From a virus (lineage: Duplodnaviria > Caudoviricetes): a stretch of 64,000 nt of DNA. The DNA lies in IMG/VR virus record IMGVR_UViG_2895374923_000003, positions 18,026 to 82,025 of that record; one strand, written 5' to 3'. Position numbers and translations under genes: made by a program. The notes under the pieces are model-generated. The model worked only from the letters and a program-made list of their open reading frames with translations. It searched no databases and was not told where the DNA came from. How positions within the stretch are numbered: position 1 is the stretch's first letter; each line of letters starts with the position of its first letter. Shown here one piece after another: positions 17,499 to 27,988 of this stretch.

Positions 17499-19178
17499 TT
17501 GCCGTTGGGTGTGCTCACCATCACGCTGCACTCCTACCAAGACCAGGCCGTCGAGAGGTTCACCGAACGCGGCTCGCTGCTGCTGGCCTTCGAGATGGGC
17601 CTCGGCAAGACCGTCACGGCCATCGCAGTGGCCGAGGAACTGCTCGGCCGAGGCGACATCACCTCCGCGCTGATCGTCGTCCCGTCCGGGCTCAAACTCC
17701 AGTGGGCCGCCTCCATCGCCCGCTTCACCGACGTCGCCGACACCGAACTGGTCGTGGCGGGCGAACCGATCGTCGTCCCGGAGGAGCGCTACTGCACGGT
17801 GATCGACGGCAGCCCGGCCGTACGGCAGGCGGCCTGGGCACGGATGGAACACCAGCGGCCCGACTACGTCATCGCCTCCTACGACACCGTCGTGGCCGAC
17901 CTGCGCATCCTTCGCCGGCTGGGGTTCGACCTGGTGGTGCTGGATGAGGCGACTGCGATCAAATCGTTTAAGGCCAAGCGGTCCAAGGCGATCAAGAAGC
18001 TCACCGCGCCCTACCGGCTCGCGCTGACCGGCACGCCGGTCGACAACCGGCTCGAAGAGCTGTTCTCGATCATGGAGTGGGTCGACCCTGACGTCCTGGG
18101 CGACTTCGTCGCCTACGACCGGGCCTACATCCGGCGCGACACCTGGGGCAACGTTAAGGGCTACCGCAACATGAAGACCTTGCACGCCAAGATCGCACCG
18201 GCCCTGGTCCGCAAGCGCACCACCGACGCCGACGTCGCGCCGTACATGCCCGCCGTGGAAGAACGCACCCGAATGATCGAGATGGAGCCCGCCACCGCAG
18301 CCGTCTACCAGCAGATATCAGCCGACCTGCTGGCCGAGTTGGAGCAGCTCGGGCCCACCGCGGAATGGGATCCCAGCGCCTACTACGCAGGCCGGGAGGA
18401 GAACACGCTCGCCGGTCGGGTCATGGCCGTGCACACCGCCGCGCAGATGCTGCTGGTCCAGCCCGACCTCGTGCGCGCCAGCGCGGCCAACTACGCCAAG
18501 GCCGAACACCTGCGGACCCGGCCCGGAGCCCCGAAGGTCCTTCCCGGCAGCAAATACTGCTTCGACCTGGTTGCCTCCGGCGCGGTCGACGGCATGAGCG
18601 AGGGCGCCAAGATGGCCGCCCTGCGGCAGGAGATGCGCGACCTGCTGACGAATTCAGAAGCGAAAGCCATTCTCGTTTCCCGCTTTACAGGAATGCTAAA
18701 CATCGTCCAGAAGATGTTTCCTGACGTGGAACTGGTCACCTACCATGGCGAGATGACGCCGGGGGAGAAGCAGGCGGCCGTCGCCAAGTTCCAGTCCGAC
18801 CCCAGTGTGCGGATCTTCGCCATGAGCCACGCAGGCGCCTACGGCGTCGACCTGCCCGCGGCAAGCCACCTGATCCTGCTCGACCCGCCCCGCTCGGCGG
18901 GCCAGTACCGACAGATCACCGCGCGCCATGTCCGCGCCTCCTCCCGGCACAGCAGGGTGTGCGTGCTCCGGCTGATCACCGCAGCCAGCATCGAAGTGCG
19001 CGAGTACGAGCGCCTGGCGCTCAAGGGCCGCGTGGGCGAGGCGGCCGTGGACGGGCGCGGCGCCGACCATCAGGGCCGGATCGACAACGACGTGACCTCC
19101 CTCACCTCGCACCTGGGGGAGGTGCTGGCAGCCGGAGCCGAAAGCCCTCGTCAGCAGGCTGGCGCACTCTCGCACTAG
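17499..19178 (+). CDS. SNF2/RAD54-family helicase
   Basis: FEMGLGKT, VVLDEA, LALTGTP..NRLEEL, GAYGVDL. Confidence 0.9.
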   Translation: MPLGVLTITLHSYQDQAVERFTERGSLLLAFEMGLGKTVTAIAVAEELLGRGDITSALIVVPSGLKLQWAASIARFTDVADTELVVAGEPIVVPEERYCTVIDGSPAVRQAAWARMEHQRPDYVIASYDTVVADLRILRRLGFDLVVLDEATAIKSFKAKRSKAIKKLTAPYRLALTGTPVDNRLEELFSIMEWVDPDVLGDFVAYDRAYIRRDTWGNVKGYRNMKTLHAKIAPALVRKRTTDADVAPYMPAVEERTRMIEMEPATAAVYQQISADLLAELEQLGPTAEWDPSAYYAGREENTLAGRVMAVHTAAQMLLVQPDLVRASAANYAKAEHLRTRPGAPKVLPGSKYCFDLVASGAVDGMSEGAKMAALRQEMRDLLTNSEAKAILVSRFTGMLNIVQKMFPDVELVTYHGEMTPGEKQAAVAKFQSDPSVRIFAMSHAGAYGVDLPAASHLILLDPPRSAGQYRQITARHVRASSRHSRVCVLRLITAASIEVREYERLALKGRVGEAAVDGRGADHQGRIDNDVTSLTSHLGEVLAAGAESPRQQAGALSH

Positions 19179-19216
19179 CATGAGCGAAAGTAGTAAACAA
19201 AGTAGCGCTGTCAAAG
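19178..19216. promoter_or_regulatory. Dyad operator, degenerate copy 2 (AAAGT-N15-GCTGT)
   Basis: GCATGAGCGAAAGTAGTAAACAAAGTAGCGCTGT aligns with the 47747 copy; AT-rich intergenic region. Confidence 0.5.
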
Positions 19217-19316
19217 ATTATTTGACGATTATTGGGTAGTAACGTTGTGGACGGCCAAGATGTCTGGTTAGGGTCTTCCCTATCCAACCCCGACATATTC
19301 ATCGAGGTGAGACATC

Positions 19317-19787
19317 GTGCGCAGGGTGACACGAACCGCCCCAGCCGAACCCGCCACCCCCGACCACGCCCCCCAGCGGGCCGAGCGGCTCTTCCGCCAG
19401 TGGGCCACCCTGCGCGAGCAAGCCGCTCAGATCGACAACCGTGTCAAGGCGCTCCGGGCCGACCTGCTCGACCTTGCCGCCCACCACGGCGACGAAGACG
19501 CCAAGGGGCACATGACGATCACCCTCGACCAGCCGTACGAGGGCGACAGAACCTACTCCGGCTTCGTCCGCGAGAAACGTGTCTCCATGACCGTCAACGA
19601 GGAGCGCGCCCGCACATTGGCACGCTCCAAAGGGCCTGACGTCGAAAAACGCGTCTTCCGCCACGAGGTCATCGAGGTCCTGGACCAAGACGAGCTCTAC
19701 GCGCTCCAGCAAGAAGACGTCCTGACCACCGACGAGCTCGACTCCCTCATCGACACGACCATCACCTACGCCCTGAAGGGAATCTGA
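19317..19787 (+). CDS. Hypothetical phage protein (coiled-coil N-terminus)
   Basis: GAGGTG RBS, phage codon usage. Confidence 0.65.
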   Translation: MRRVTRTAPAEPATPDHAPQRAERLFRQWATLREQAAQIDNRVKALRADLLDLAAHHGDEDAKGHMTITLDQPYEGDRTYSGFVREKRVSMTVNEERARTLARSKGPDVEKRVFRHEVIEVLDQDELYALQQEDVLTTDELDSLIDTTITYALKGI

Positions 19788-19794
19788 GCCCCCC

Positions 19795-20316
19795 GTGATG
19801 AGCACCACCCGCCCGGGAGCGCGCCAGCCCACCCGACCCGGCAACCGCACCGACTCCAGCCGCCCGGGCGCACCCCGCACCACACCCGCACGACCCGCCG
19901 CACACCTACCACCCGCGGGAAACGAAACCCCCATCCCCGCCTCCTGGCAGCGGCCCGCCGAGCTCGACGACCCGCTGGAGGGCAAGAAGCCTCGCGTCTA
20001 CAAGGTCCGCGGCATCGACACCGACTTCTTCACCGTCGGCCAACTCGCCGACGTCCTGGGCCGCAAGGCCGTCACCATCCGCAAGTGGGAGCGCGAAGGC
20101 ATCCTGCCCCACCCCCAGTACCGCTTCACCGGCAAGGACACCCGCGGCTCCCGGCGCCTCTACACCCGCGCCCAGGTCCTGGAAATCCGCCAGATCGCCC
20201 AGGACGAGGGAATCCTCGAACCCCACTCCCGGCCGATCAAGCACACCCGCTTCACCGAGCGCGTCCTGGCCATGTTCCGCGAACACCAGGCCCGCTCCCG
20301 GAAGGTCTCCACCTGA
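19795..20316 (+). CDS. MerR-like HTH DNA-binding protein
   Basis: FFTVGQLADVLGRKAVTIRKWEREGILP..RRLYTRAQV. Confidence 0.8.
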   Translation: MMSTTRPGARQPTRPGNRTDSSRPGAPRTTPARPAAHLPPAGNETPIPASWQRPAELDDPLEGKKPRVYKVRGIDTDFFTVGQLADVLGRKAVTIRKWEREGILPHPQYRFTGKDTRGSRRLYTRAQVLEIRQIAQDEGILEPHSRPIKHTRFTERVLAMFREHQARSRKVST

Positions 20317-20317
20317 C

Positions 20318-20575
20318 ATGCAGGTCACCTACACCCAGCGCCACCACGTCAACATGGGCGCCTACGAGTGGATCGAATACACCGCCTCGGCCACCGTCTT
20401 CGACACCGACTTCCCCGACGCCGACAACGTCGAGCTCGGCGACCTCCTGATCACCGCACGCGAGCAGGTGCAGCAGACCCTGGCCGCCGACATCGCGCGA
20501 GCCACCAGCCTGACCACCGAGAACGAGTCATACGTCCACGTCCTGGCCGAGCAGAACACCCAGAACATCCACTAA
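20318..20575 (+). CDS. Hypothetical phage protein
   Basis: Tight operon spacing, phage codon usage. Confidence 0.6.
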   Translation: MQVTYTQRHHVNMGAYEWIEYTASATVFDTDFPDADNVELGDLLITAREQVQQTLAADIARATSLTTENESYVHVLAEQNTQNIH

Positions 20576-20592
20576 CGAAAGGGCACCCCCAC

Positions 20593-21333
20593 ATGGCCCG
20601 CGCTCTCAAGCGCCGCACCTCCACCGAGCAGACCACCGAGCCCGAGGAGAAGGAAGCCAGCCAGCGCCGACACCCCGCCTCCCGGCCCGCGGGCCGCACC
20701 GACTCCCGCCGTCCAGCAGGCCGCACGAGCGCCGGAGCCTCCGGCGGCTGGGACGCCCTGCGCAACCAGGCCAAGGCATCGGCCGGCTTCGCCGACACCT
20801 TCAAGGTCGGCTCCGACGAGATCGTCTTCAAGTTCGCCCAGACCGAGCCGTTCGCCGTCTTCGCCTGGCACTGGCTGGAACAAGCCCAGGGCAAGAAGGG
20901 CTTCGTCTGCCACGCAGAAGACTGCCCCCTGTGCGAGCAGCTCGGTGACAGCCCCCGCACCCAGGTCCTGTTCAACGTCATCGAGATGCCCTACCGCGAC
21001 AGCAACGGCAACGACGTGGGCGAACCGGAGATGAAGATCTGGGCCTGCGGCGTACGGCTGGCCGAGAAGATCCGCACCCTGTCCCAGAACACCAAGACCA
21101 GCCCCATCGACCGCGACGACCTCTACTGGTCAGTCTCCCGCTCCGGCAAGGGCACCAAGACCGAATACAACCTGGTCCCCATCAAGGAACGCGACCTCGT
21201 CGCCGAATGGGCCGTCACCCCCCTCACCGAGGAGGACCTGGCCGAGCTACGCGAGGCCGTCCACGGCTTCGAGAACTACACCAAGACCGACAGCCGCGAA
21301 GACCTCGAAGAGCTCGTGGACGAGCTCACCTAA
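20593..21333 (+). CDS. Single-stranded DNA-binding protein (gp32-like, zinc-binding)
   Basis: HW..FVCHAEDCPLCE..VLFNVI..GKGTKTEYNL, acidic C-terminus; lies before the DNA polymerase. Confidence 0.65.
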   Translation: MARALKRRTSTEQTTEPEEKEASQRRHPASRPAGRTDSRRPAGRTSAGASGGWDALRNQAKASAGFADTFKVGSDEIVFKFAQTEPFAVFAWHWLEQAQGKKGFVCHAEDCPLCEQLGDSPRTQVLFNVIEMPYRDSNGNDVGEPEMKIWACGVRLAEKIRTLSQNTKTSPIDRDDLYWSVSRSGKGTKTEYNLVPIKERDLVAEWAVTPLTEEDLAELREAVHGFENYTKTDSREDLEELVDELT

Positions 21334-21370
21334 CCCACCAAACACCAGGGGCTACCAACCCCAGCAAGCG

Positions 21371-21412
21371 GCAGGCCGCCGTCCCAGGGCTCACACCGGG
21401 GCGGCGGCCTGC
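21371..21412 (+). promoter_or_regulatory. Hairpin in the DNA polymerase leader, related to the right-arm repeat family
   Basis: GCAGGCCGCCG / CGGCGGCCTGC stem with CTCAC in the loop; flanked by CCACCAAACACC and CCAACCACCGAAGG. Confidence 0.45.
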
Positions 21413-21452
21413 GCCACCTCACCGACCAACCACCGAAGGGCCCACCACGCCC

Positions 21453-23405
21453 ATGCGCCCCAGCTCCACCGTGGTGCTCACCCCCGAGCACCTCGACCAC
21501 GTCATCGGCCACTTCTCCCGCCACGACGCCTTCGCCTTCGACACCGAGACGACCGGAGACAACCGGCTCATCCCCGCACAGAACAAGGTCATCTGGCTGT
21601 CCATGGCCACCCACGGCATGGCCGTGTCGATCCCCATGGGCCACCCCATCGGCAACCGCATCGAGCGCTACGACACCCAGCCGCGCCTGCTGGCCAACGG
21701 CAGGATCCGCCGCGACAAGGTCCCCGTCTGGGAAGCCCCACCCGCCCAGCTTCGCCCCTCCCAGGTCTGGGAGAAATGCTGGCCCCTGTTCGACTCCGAC
21801 CGAACCAAGATCGCCCACAACTTCGTGTTCGACGGTATCTCCATCGCCAAGTACAACGGCGAGCGCATCGTCCCCCCGCCCTACGCCGACACCCGCGTCA
21901 TGGGCCACCTGCTGGACGAAAACCGCCAGAACGGCCTCAAGGCCCTGGTCAAGGAGCTCTACCAGGTCGACTACGACAAAGAGAACGTCGGCAAGTGCGT
22001 CGAGCAGCACCCCTTCCACAAGGTCGCCCGCTACGCCTACATGGACGCCAAGTACACCTGGCTCCTCTACCACCGCTTCGCCGAACTCATCGACCAGCTC
22101 GGCATCGGCGACCTGCGCGACCTCGAGCACACCCTCATCACCGAGCTGCTGGATGCCGCCCACCACGGCGCACCCCTCGAAGCCGACGTCCTGACCACCT
22201 TCGGCGCCGAGCTCGCCGGCCGCATCGTCGCCATCGAGGGCGACATCTACGCCACCGCCGGACGCCGGTTCAACCTCAACAGCCCCAAGCAGAAGGCCGA
22301 GATCCTCTACCTGCCCAAGAGCGAGGGCGGCCTCGGCCTCAAGCCCAGCGCGCTCACCCCGGGAGGCAAGAAGAAGGAACGCGCCCGACAGCCAGTCACC
22401 ATCTACGACTACTCCACCGACGCCGACGCCCTCAAGCCGCACGCCCGCGTCCCGCTCGTGGCCCGCCTCCTGGACTACCAAAAGGACGTCAAACTCAAGA
22501 CCACCTACGTGGACGGCCTGGTCGGCACCGACACCAAGCCCGGCATCGTCTTCGACGGCCGCGTGTACGGGAGCTTCAACCAGTCCGGCACCGCCACCGG
22601 CCGCTTCTCCAGCTCCGGCCCGAACCTCCAGAACATCCCCGTGCGCACCGCCGACGGCAAGCGCATCCGCGGCGCATTCCGCGCCGATGACGGCTGGTCC
22701 CTGGTCGTCGGCGACCAAGGCCAGATCGAACTCGTCTTGACCGCCCACTTCATCGGCCAGGGAGCCCTGTTCGAGGGCTTCCACGCCGGGATCGACCCCC
22801 ACACCATGACCGCCGCCATGGTGTTCGGCGTCGCCCCCGATGACGTCGCCAAGGACATGCGCCAGGTCGCCAAGGGCCTCAACTTTGCCATCATCTACAT
22901 GGCTGGACCCGCCACCGTCGCCGACATGGCCGGGATCACCGAGAAGCAGGCCCGCGCCCACATGAAGACGCACGCGGCCCAGTTCCCCGAGATCTACCAG
23001 TACCGTGCCGAGTGCATCAGCCAGGCCCGGCGAGCCGAACCCACCCCGCACGTGCGGACCATCCTCGGCCGCTACCGCCGCCTGCCCGACCTGCGCAGTG
23101 CCGACGACGGCCGCCGCGCCAAGGCCGAGCGCCAGACCTTCAACTCCAAGATCCAGGGTTCGAGCGCGGACCTGATCAAACTGTCGATCAACCGCCTCGG
23201 CCCCCGGCTGCGGGCCCTGCCTGAGCCCGCGCACCTGATCCTCACCGTCCACGACGAGCTCGTCATCCATACCCCCACCCACCAGGCGCCGCTGGTCGAG
23301 GCCGCGATGCGCCAGGCCATGCTCGGCGAGGGCATCCAGCGCCTGCTGTCGGTCCCGCTCACCGTCGACACCTCGATCGTCCAGCGCTGGTCGGAGGCCA
23401 AGTGA
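21453..23405 (+). CDS. DNA polymerase I family (3'-5' exonuclease plus Pol A domain)
   Basis: FDTET, HNFVFD, SGTATGRFSSSGPNLQNIP, DQGQIEL, RQVAKGLNFAIIY, VHDEL. Confidence 0.95.
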   Translation: MRPSSTVVLTPEHLDHVIGHFSRHDAFAFDTETTGDNRLIPAQNKVIWLSMATHGMAVSIPMGHPIGNRIERYDTQPRLLANGRIRRDKVPVWEAPPAQLRPSQVWEKCWPLFDSDRTKIAHNFVFDGISIAKYNGERIVPPPYADTRVMGHLLDENRQNGLKALVKELYQVDYDKENVGKCVEQHPFHKVARYAYMDAKYTWLLYHRFAELIDQLGIGDLRDLEHTLITELLDAAHHGAPLEADVLTTFGAELAGRIVAIEGDIYATAGRRFNLNSPKQKAEILYLPKSEGGLGLKPSALTPGGKKKERARQPVTIYDYSTDADALKPHARVPLVARLLDYQKDVKLKTTYVDGLVGTDTKPGIVFDGRVYGSFNQSGTATGRFSSSGPNLQNIPVRTADGKRIRGAFRADDGWSLVVGDQGQIELVLTAHFIGQGALFEGFHAGIDPHTMTAAMVFGVAPDDVAKDMRQVAKGLNFAIIYMAGPATVADMAGITEKQARAHMKTHAAQFPEIYQYRAECISQARRAEPTPHVRTILGRYRRLPDLRSADDGRRAKAERQTFNSKIQGSSADLIKLSINRLGPRLRALPEPAHLILTVHDELVIHTPTHQAPLVEAAMRQAMLGEGIQRLLSVPLTVDTSIVQRWSEAK

Positions 23406-23803
23406 GCCACGACAACCCTCTGCACGGCCTGGACTGGACGCCCCTGCTCAAGCACCGCCTGGTGTGGGACCTGGTGCCCTCCCGCAAGACCGAGAAGGTC
23501 ATGCGCCAGCTCGGCATGGTGCCCCCTAGCACCGACGCCGCGCCGGAAATGTACCTCGAATCCAAGCGGCGGCTATTTCGCGTCGCGCCCCTCCTGAAAG
23601 ACGTCACCGCACTATCTACGCTCTCTGCCGAAATCCTGATTGCCACTATCCTGGGTGACACGGCCGAAGAAGTCCCAGCAGAAATCCGCGAGGCGCTGGC
23701 GACACAATATGGCGAAGTCATCCGGGTCGGCGCGTTGGTCATCATCGCCAATCTCCTCGACACAGGAGTAATTACCTTCCCGGAAAGGAACGGCCGTGAA
23801 TAA
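23402..23803 (+). CDS. Hypothetical phage protein
   Basis: GTGA overlap with polymerase; overlap with next gene. Confidence 0.6.
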   Translation: MSHDNPLHGLDWTPLLKHRLVWDLVPSRKTEKVMRQLGMVPPSTDAAPEMYLESKRRLFRVAPLLKDVTALSTLSAEILIATILGDTAEEVPAEIREALATQYGEVIRVGALVIIANLLDTGVITFPERNGRE

Positions 23804-24212
23804 CTTCTGGGCCCGCAAGCTGGCCGCCGCACAAGGCCAGCAGCCGCCGCAGGCGCAGACCCCCGCCTCGCCCCCGGCCGCCAGCGCAGCCCGGCCGTGG
23901 TGGGACCCCTCCCCCGCGGCCCCGCTACCCCCGCCGCTCGAGCAGCCCGCGCTCGCGCAGGACTATCAGGCCCCGGCCGCGGCCAAGTCCGCCAGGCTCA
24001 CCGACACCTGCCCGGACTGCGCCAGCGGCAACTACATGCGTCCACCCGGCTCCCAGGCCGCGATGCGCTGCTTCGACTGTGGCTATCCCGTCGTCCAGAC
24101 CGGCAGCGGCGCAGGCGGGGCGACCACCCCGGGGCAGCCGGCCACCCCTGCCCGTCAGGTCCACGACGGCACCAGCAACTTCAACCCCCGGCAGATCATC
24201 GGCCGCGTCTAG
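23796..24212 (+). CDS. Pro/Ala-rich protein with zinc ribbon
   Basis: CPDC..CFDC motif. Confidence 0.6.
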   Translation: MNNFWARKLAAAQGQQPPQAQTPASPPAASAARPWWDPSPAAPLPPPLEQPALAQDYQAPAAAKSARLTDTCPDCASGNYMRPPGSQAAMRCFDCGYPVVQTGSGAGGATTPGQPATPARQVHDGTSNFNPRQIIGRV

Positions 24213-24257
24213 GCCGACCTGCCGCCGATTGCGAAACCCCTGCTAAGGACATCCCTC

Positions 24258-26192
24258 TTGACCATCCTCAACCCCGACGGCTCTCTCAAGGATCCCTTCC
24301 GCAACTACATCGCCCTGTCGCGCTACTCCCGCTGGCTGGAGGAGGAGCGCAGGCGAGAGACCTGGGGCGAGACCGTCGACCGCTACCTGACCTTCATGAC
24401 CGGCCACCTCAAGCGCAACCACGGCTACGTCCCCGACAGCGACCTGCTCCTGGAGATCCGCGAAGCGATCTGCGAGCACCAGGTCTTCCCCAGCATGCGG
24501 GCCCTCATGACCGCCGGTCCCGCCCTGCACGAGTCGTCGATCGGCGCCTACAACTGCGCCTACCTGCCGATCAACGACATCAAGGCGTTCGCCGAAGTGC
24601 TGTTCATCCTTATGCACGGCACAGGAGTGGGGTTCTCCTGCGAGCATGCCGAGATCAACCAGCTCCCCGCCGTCCCCGCGCTGCACCGCACGATGGACGG
24701 GGTAGAGATCGTCGTCCCGGACAACAAGCTCGGCTGGGCGACCAGCTTCGAGACCCTGCTGACCCTCATGTGGCGCGACGGCGTGATCCCCACCTGGAAC
24801 CTGTCGGCCGTCCGGCCCAAGGGCGCACGACTGCGCACCTTCGGCGGCAGGGCCAGCGGCCTCGAACCGTTGAATGAGCTGTTCTCCTACACCGTCAACC
24901 TGCTCAGCACGGCCCAGGGACGCAAGCTCACCGCGCTGGAAGTCCACGATCTGGTCTGCAAGATCGCATCCGTCGTCCAGGCGGGCGGCGTTCGGCGCAG
25001 CGCCCTGATCTCCCTGTCCGACCTCGCCGACCGGCCGATGGCCCTGGCCAAGTCGGGGGAGTGGTGGAACGCAGCAGGTCAACGGGCGTTCGCGAACAAC
25101 TCCGCGGTGTACGCCGAGCCGATCTCCAAGACCGACTTCGACCGCGAGTGGGCCGACCTGGTAGCCAGCGGCTCGGGCGAGCGCGGCATCTTCAACCGCA
25201 GCGCCGCCCGACGCCAGGCATCGCGCTGGGGCCGCCGGGACGCCCACACCGCCTACGGCGGAAACCCCTGCATGGAGATCCTCCTCAGGCCGCATGAGTT
25301 CTGCAATCTGTCCTCGGTGGTGGCCCGGCCTGGCGACGACGCCTCTCGCCTGCGGCGTAAGGTCGAGCTCGCCGCCATCCTCGGCACCTGGCAGAGCACC
25401 TTGATCAACTTCCCCTACCTGCGCGCCGACTGGCGGGCCAACTGCGAGGCCGAGCGGCTGCTGGGCGTCTCCCTCAACGGCATCTTCGGCAACGAACTGC
25501 TGCGCGAGCAGGGCCCGGACCTGGCCGACCTGCTGGACAGCTTGCGGGCAGCCGCCCGCCAGACCAACGAGCACCTGGCGGCCGAGCTCGGTATCAACCC
25601 GGCCGCCGCCATCACCTGCGTCAAGCCCGAGGGCAACAGCTCCCAGCTCGCCGGCGTCTCCTCCGCCCTGCACCCCTGGTACGCGCCGACCGGCTACATC
25701 CGCACCGTCCGCGCCGACACCAAGGACCCGCTCGCCCAGCTCATGCTCGACGCCGGGGTGCCCTGCGAGAGCGACTTGGCCCAGCCGGACACCGGCCTGG
25801 TCTTCGCCTTCCCCATCGACGTCCCGGCCGACGCGGTCACCCGCGAGGACCTCACCGCCCTTGAGCACCTGGAGCTCTGGCTGACCTACAAGCGCCACTG
25901 GTGCGAGCACACCCCCAGCGTCACCGTTAGCGTCCGCGACCACGAGTGGCCGGACGTCGGCGCATGGGTGTGGGACTACCTGGACGACATCACCGGCGTC
26001 TCCTTCCTGCCGCACTCCGACCACGTCTACCAGCAGGCGCCCTACCAGCCCATCACTGCCGAAGGGCTGGCCGCCGCCAAGGCCGCTATGCCGTCCATCC
26101 GCTGGGCCGATCTCGTCTTCTACGAAACCGAAGACCACACCGAAGGCGCTCGCGAATTCGCCTGTGTTTCCGGAGCCTGTGACACGCTCTAA
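24258..26192 (+). CDS. nrdJ: Adenosylcobalamin-dependent (class II) ribonucleotide reductase
   Basis: FPSMRALMTAG..YNCAY, GGVRRSALI, NPCMEI..FCNLS, TCVKPEG, C-terminal CVSGAC; no beta-subunit gene nearby. Confidence 0.92.
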   Translation: MTILNPDGSLKDPFRNYIALSRYSRWLEEERRRETWGETVDRYLTFMTGHLKRNHGYVPDSDLLLEIREAICEHQVFPSMRALMTAGPALHESSIGAYNCAYLPINDIKAFAEVLFILMHGTGVGFSCEHAEINQLPAVPALHRTMDGVEIVVPDNKLGWATSFETLLTLMWRDGVIPTWNLSAVRPKGARLRTFGGRASGLEPLNELFSYTVNLLSTAQGRKLTALEVHDLVCKIASVVQAGGVRRSALISLSDLADRPMALAKSGEWWNAAGQRAFANNSAVYAEPISKTDFDREWADLVASGSGERGIFNRSAARRQASRWGRRDAHTAYGGNPCMEILLRPHEFCNLSSVVARPGDDASRLRRKVELAAILGTWQSTLINFPYLRADWRANCEAERLLGVSLNGIFGNELLREQGPDLADLLDSLRAAARQTNEHLAAELGINPAAAITCVKPEGNSSQLAGVSSALHPWYAPTGYIRTVRADTKDPLAQLMLDAGVPCESDLAQPDTGLVFAFPIDVPADAVTREDLTALEHLELWLTYKRHWCEHTPSVTVSVRDHEWPDVGAWVWDYLDDITGVSFLPHSDHVYQQAPYQPITAEGLAAAKAAMPSIRWADLVFYETEDHTEGAREFACVSGACDTL

Positions 26193-26259
26193 TCGCAGGC
26201 GGGAAATTGGCCTAGCAACTCCGAAAACAATCGTGGCACCTTAGTTAATACATTGGTTG

Positions 26260-26311
26260 AGGCCGTATCCGGGATTCGCATAGCGTTCCCGCGTACGGCC
26301 TTTACTTATTT
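26260..26311 (+). terminator. Intrinsic terminator-like hairpin after nrdJ
   Basis: AGGCCGTA..TACGGCCT stem followed by T-rich tract. Confidence 0.5.
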
Positions 26312-26384
26312 GCGAGAATTCGGAGAATGAATTGCCGGGGTCACATTCACAACCGACAGCCGGGCTGGTCAGCAGGGGAGCCCA

Positions 26385-27467
26385 GTGACCAGTCACGCCT
26401 CCCTGCCCATCGAGGCCCGCAGCCTCATCGCCCAGATCAACAAGAAGCACGGCGAGGGCGCCCTCGTCACCGGCTCGGAGATGTCGGTCCCGGCCCGTTA
26501 CACCTCCGGCTCGATCGGCCTGGATGTGATCCTCGGCGGGGGATGGCCCGCCAACCAGTGGGCTGAAGTGATCGGCAAGGAGAGCCAGGGCAAGACCTTC
26601 ATCGCCCTCAAGACGGTCGCCGCCAACCAGCAGCGCGACCCCAAGTTCACCACCCTGTGGATCGCCGCCGAGCACTTCGACGTCGACCAGGCCCACGCCC
26701 TCGGCGTCGACACCGACCGCGTGATCGTGATGCCCACCCAGGACATGGAGCTGGCCTTCGAGACGATGCTGTCGTTCGCCGCCTCCAAGAGCATCGACCT
26801 GATCGTGCTCGACTCCTACCCCGCCCTGATCCCCGGCGAAGAGGCCGACAAGACGATGGAGGACGCCGTCGTCGCCGTCGGAGCCCGCCTGGTGGGCAAG
26901 TTCTTCCGCAAGATGGGCGCCGCCTCCAAGCGCGCCCTGGACGGCACCGAGCGGCCCATGTTCGGGCTGATCATCAACCAGTACCGGGACGCGATCGGCC
27001 AGTTCTCCCCGCACGGCACCCCCCAGACGACCCCCGGCGGCAAGGCGAAGAACTACTTCTACTACGTCCGCCTGGAGGTCAAGCGCGACGAGTTCATCGA
27101 CGAGGCCCGCCACGGCAAAGGCAAGACCCGCGTCGGCCAGACCGTCAAGCTGCGCACCCTGAAGAACAAGGCCGCCAGCCCCGGCCAGGTCGCCTCCCTG
27201 GACGTGTACTTCCGCGACGCCCCCAACCTCGGCTTCCTGCGCGGCGACTACGACAGCGCCAAGGAACTGCTCACCTACGGCGTCCTGTACGACCTGATCA
27301 AGCGGGCGGGTGCCTACTACTCCATCGGCGAGCGCCGCTGGCAAGGCAAGGACGCCCTCCTCCAGGACCTGCGCGCCGAAATCGACCTCCAGGAAAGCCT
27401 GCGCGCCGGCATCCTCGCCGCCTCCGCCAAACCCGACCGGGACCTGATCACCACGGAGGCATCATGA
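26385..27467 (+). CDS. recA: RecA recombinase (phage-encoded)
   Basis: SGSIGLDVILGGG, GKESQGKT, IVLDS, IINQYR, TPGGKA..YY..RLEV. Confidence 0.95.
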   Translation: MTSHASLPIEARSLIAQINKKHGEGALVTGSEMSVPARYTSGSIGLDVILGGGWPANQWAEVIGKESQGKTFIALKTVAANQQRDPKFTTLWIAAEHFDVDQAHALGVDTDRVIVMPTQDMELAFETMLSFAASKSIDLIVLDSYPALIPGEEADKTMEDAVVAVGARLVGKFFRKMGAASKRALDGTERPMFGLIINQYRDAIGQFSPHGTPQTTPGGKAKNYFYYVRLEVKRDEFIDEARHGKGKTRVGQTVKLRTLKNKAASPGQVASLDVYFRDAPNLGFLRGDYDSAKELLTYGVLYDLIKRAGAYYSIGERRWQGKDALLQDLRAEIDLQESLRAGILAASAKPDRDLITTEAS

Positions 27468-27580
27468 CCGGCCAGGACATCGGCCTCATCCTCGGCGGCA
27501 TCCTGCTCTGCCTGCTGTTCGGCGACCTGATCATCGAGCTCGGCGAGCGCGTCAGGAAGAAGGCCGACCGTGGTGCATAA
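27464..27580 (+). CDS. Small membrane protein (38 aa)
   Basis: MTGQDIGLILGGILLCLLFGDLII..; GGAGG RBS; ATGA overlap. Confidence 0.55.
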   Translation: MTGQDIGLILGGILLCLLFGDLIIELGERVRKKADRGA

Positions 27581-27686
27581 GCGCGACCGCCGCATCGAGG
27601 ACGGCTGCTTTTGGATGGCCGCGGCAGGGGCGGCGCTGCTGATCCTGCTGGCCTGCGGCCTGGTCGCCCTGGCGGTGTGGTGGTGA
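27573..27686 (+). CDS. Small membrane protein (37 aa)
   Basis: MHKRDRRIEDGCFWMAAAGAALLILLACGLVALAVWW; fills the gap with overlaps on both sides. Confidence 0.5.
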   Translation: MHKRDRRIEDGCFWMAAAGAALLILLACGLVALAVWW

Positions 27687-27988
27687 ACCGGCACAAGGCA
27701 TCCCGTCAGCAGGAACAGCGCACCGCGGCCGTGTACGGCGGGAGCGTCAACGCCGGATCCGGCAACCAGCCCTTCCGCAAGAACGACGTGCGCACCGCCA
27801 CCAAGTCCATCGAGTGCAAGACCACCAGCAAACGCTCCTACACGCTCAAGCTCGACGAACTCCTGGCCGCCGAAACCCACGCCCTGCTCGACGGCCGGGC
27901 AATGCTCTTCGAGATTGAAATGGGCGGCCGGACCTGGGTGGTGATGGCACGCGAGGACTACCTGGCCGACCTGGAGGCGGTTGCGTAG
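27683..27988 (+). CDS. Hjc-like PD-(D/E)XK nuclease / Holliday junction resolvase
   Basis: QEQRTA..GSGN..KNDV..SIECKTT. Confidence 0.75.
   Translation: MNRHKASRQQEQRTAAVYGGSVNAGSGNQPFRKNDVRTATKSIECKTTSKRSYTLKLDELLAAETHALLDGRAMLFEIEMGGRTWVVMAREDYLADLEAVA

Noticed and set aside
24213-24257. Cobalamin riboswitch before nrdJ
   Set aside because: Only 45 bp of intergenic space, and no B12-box recognised.
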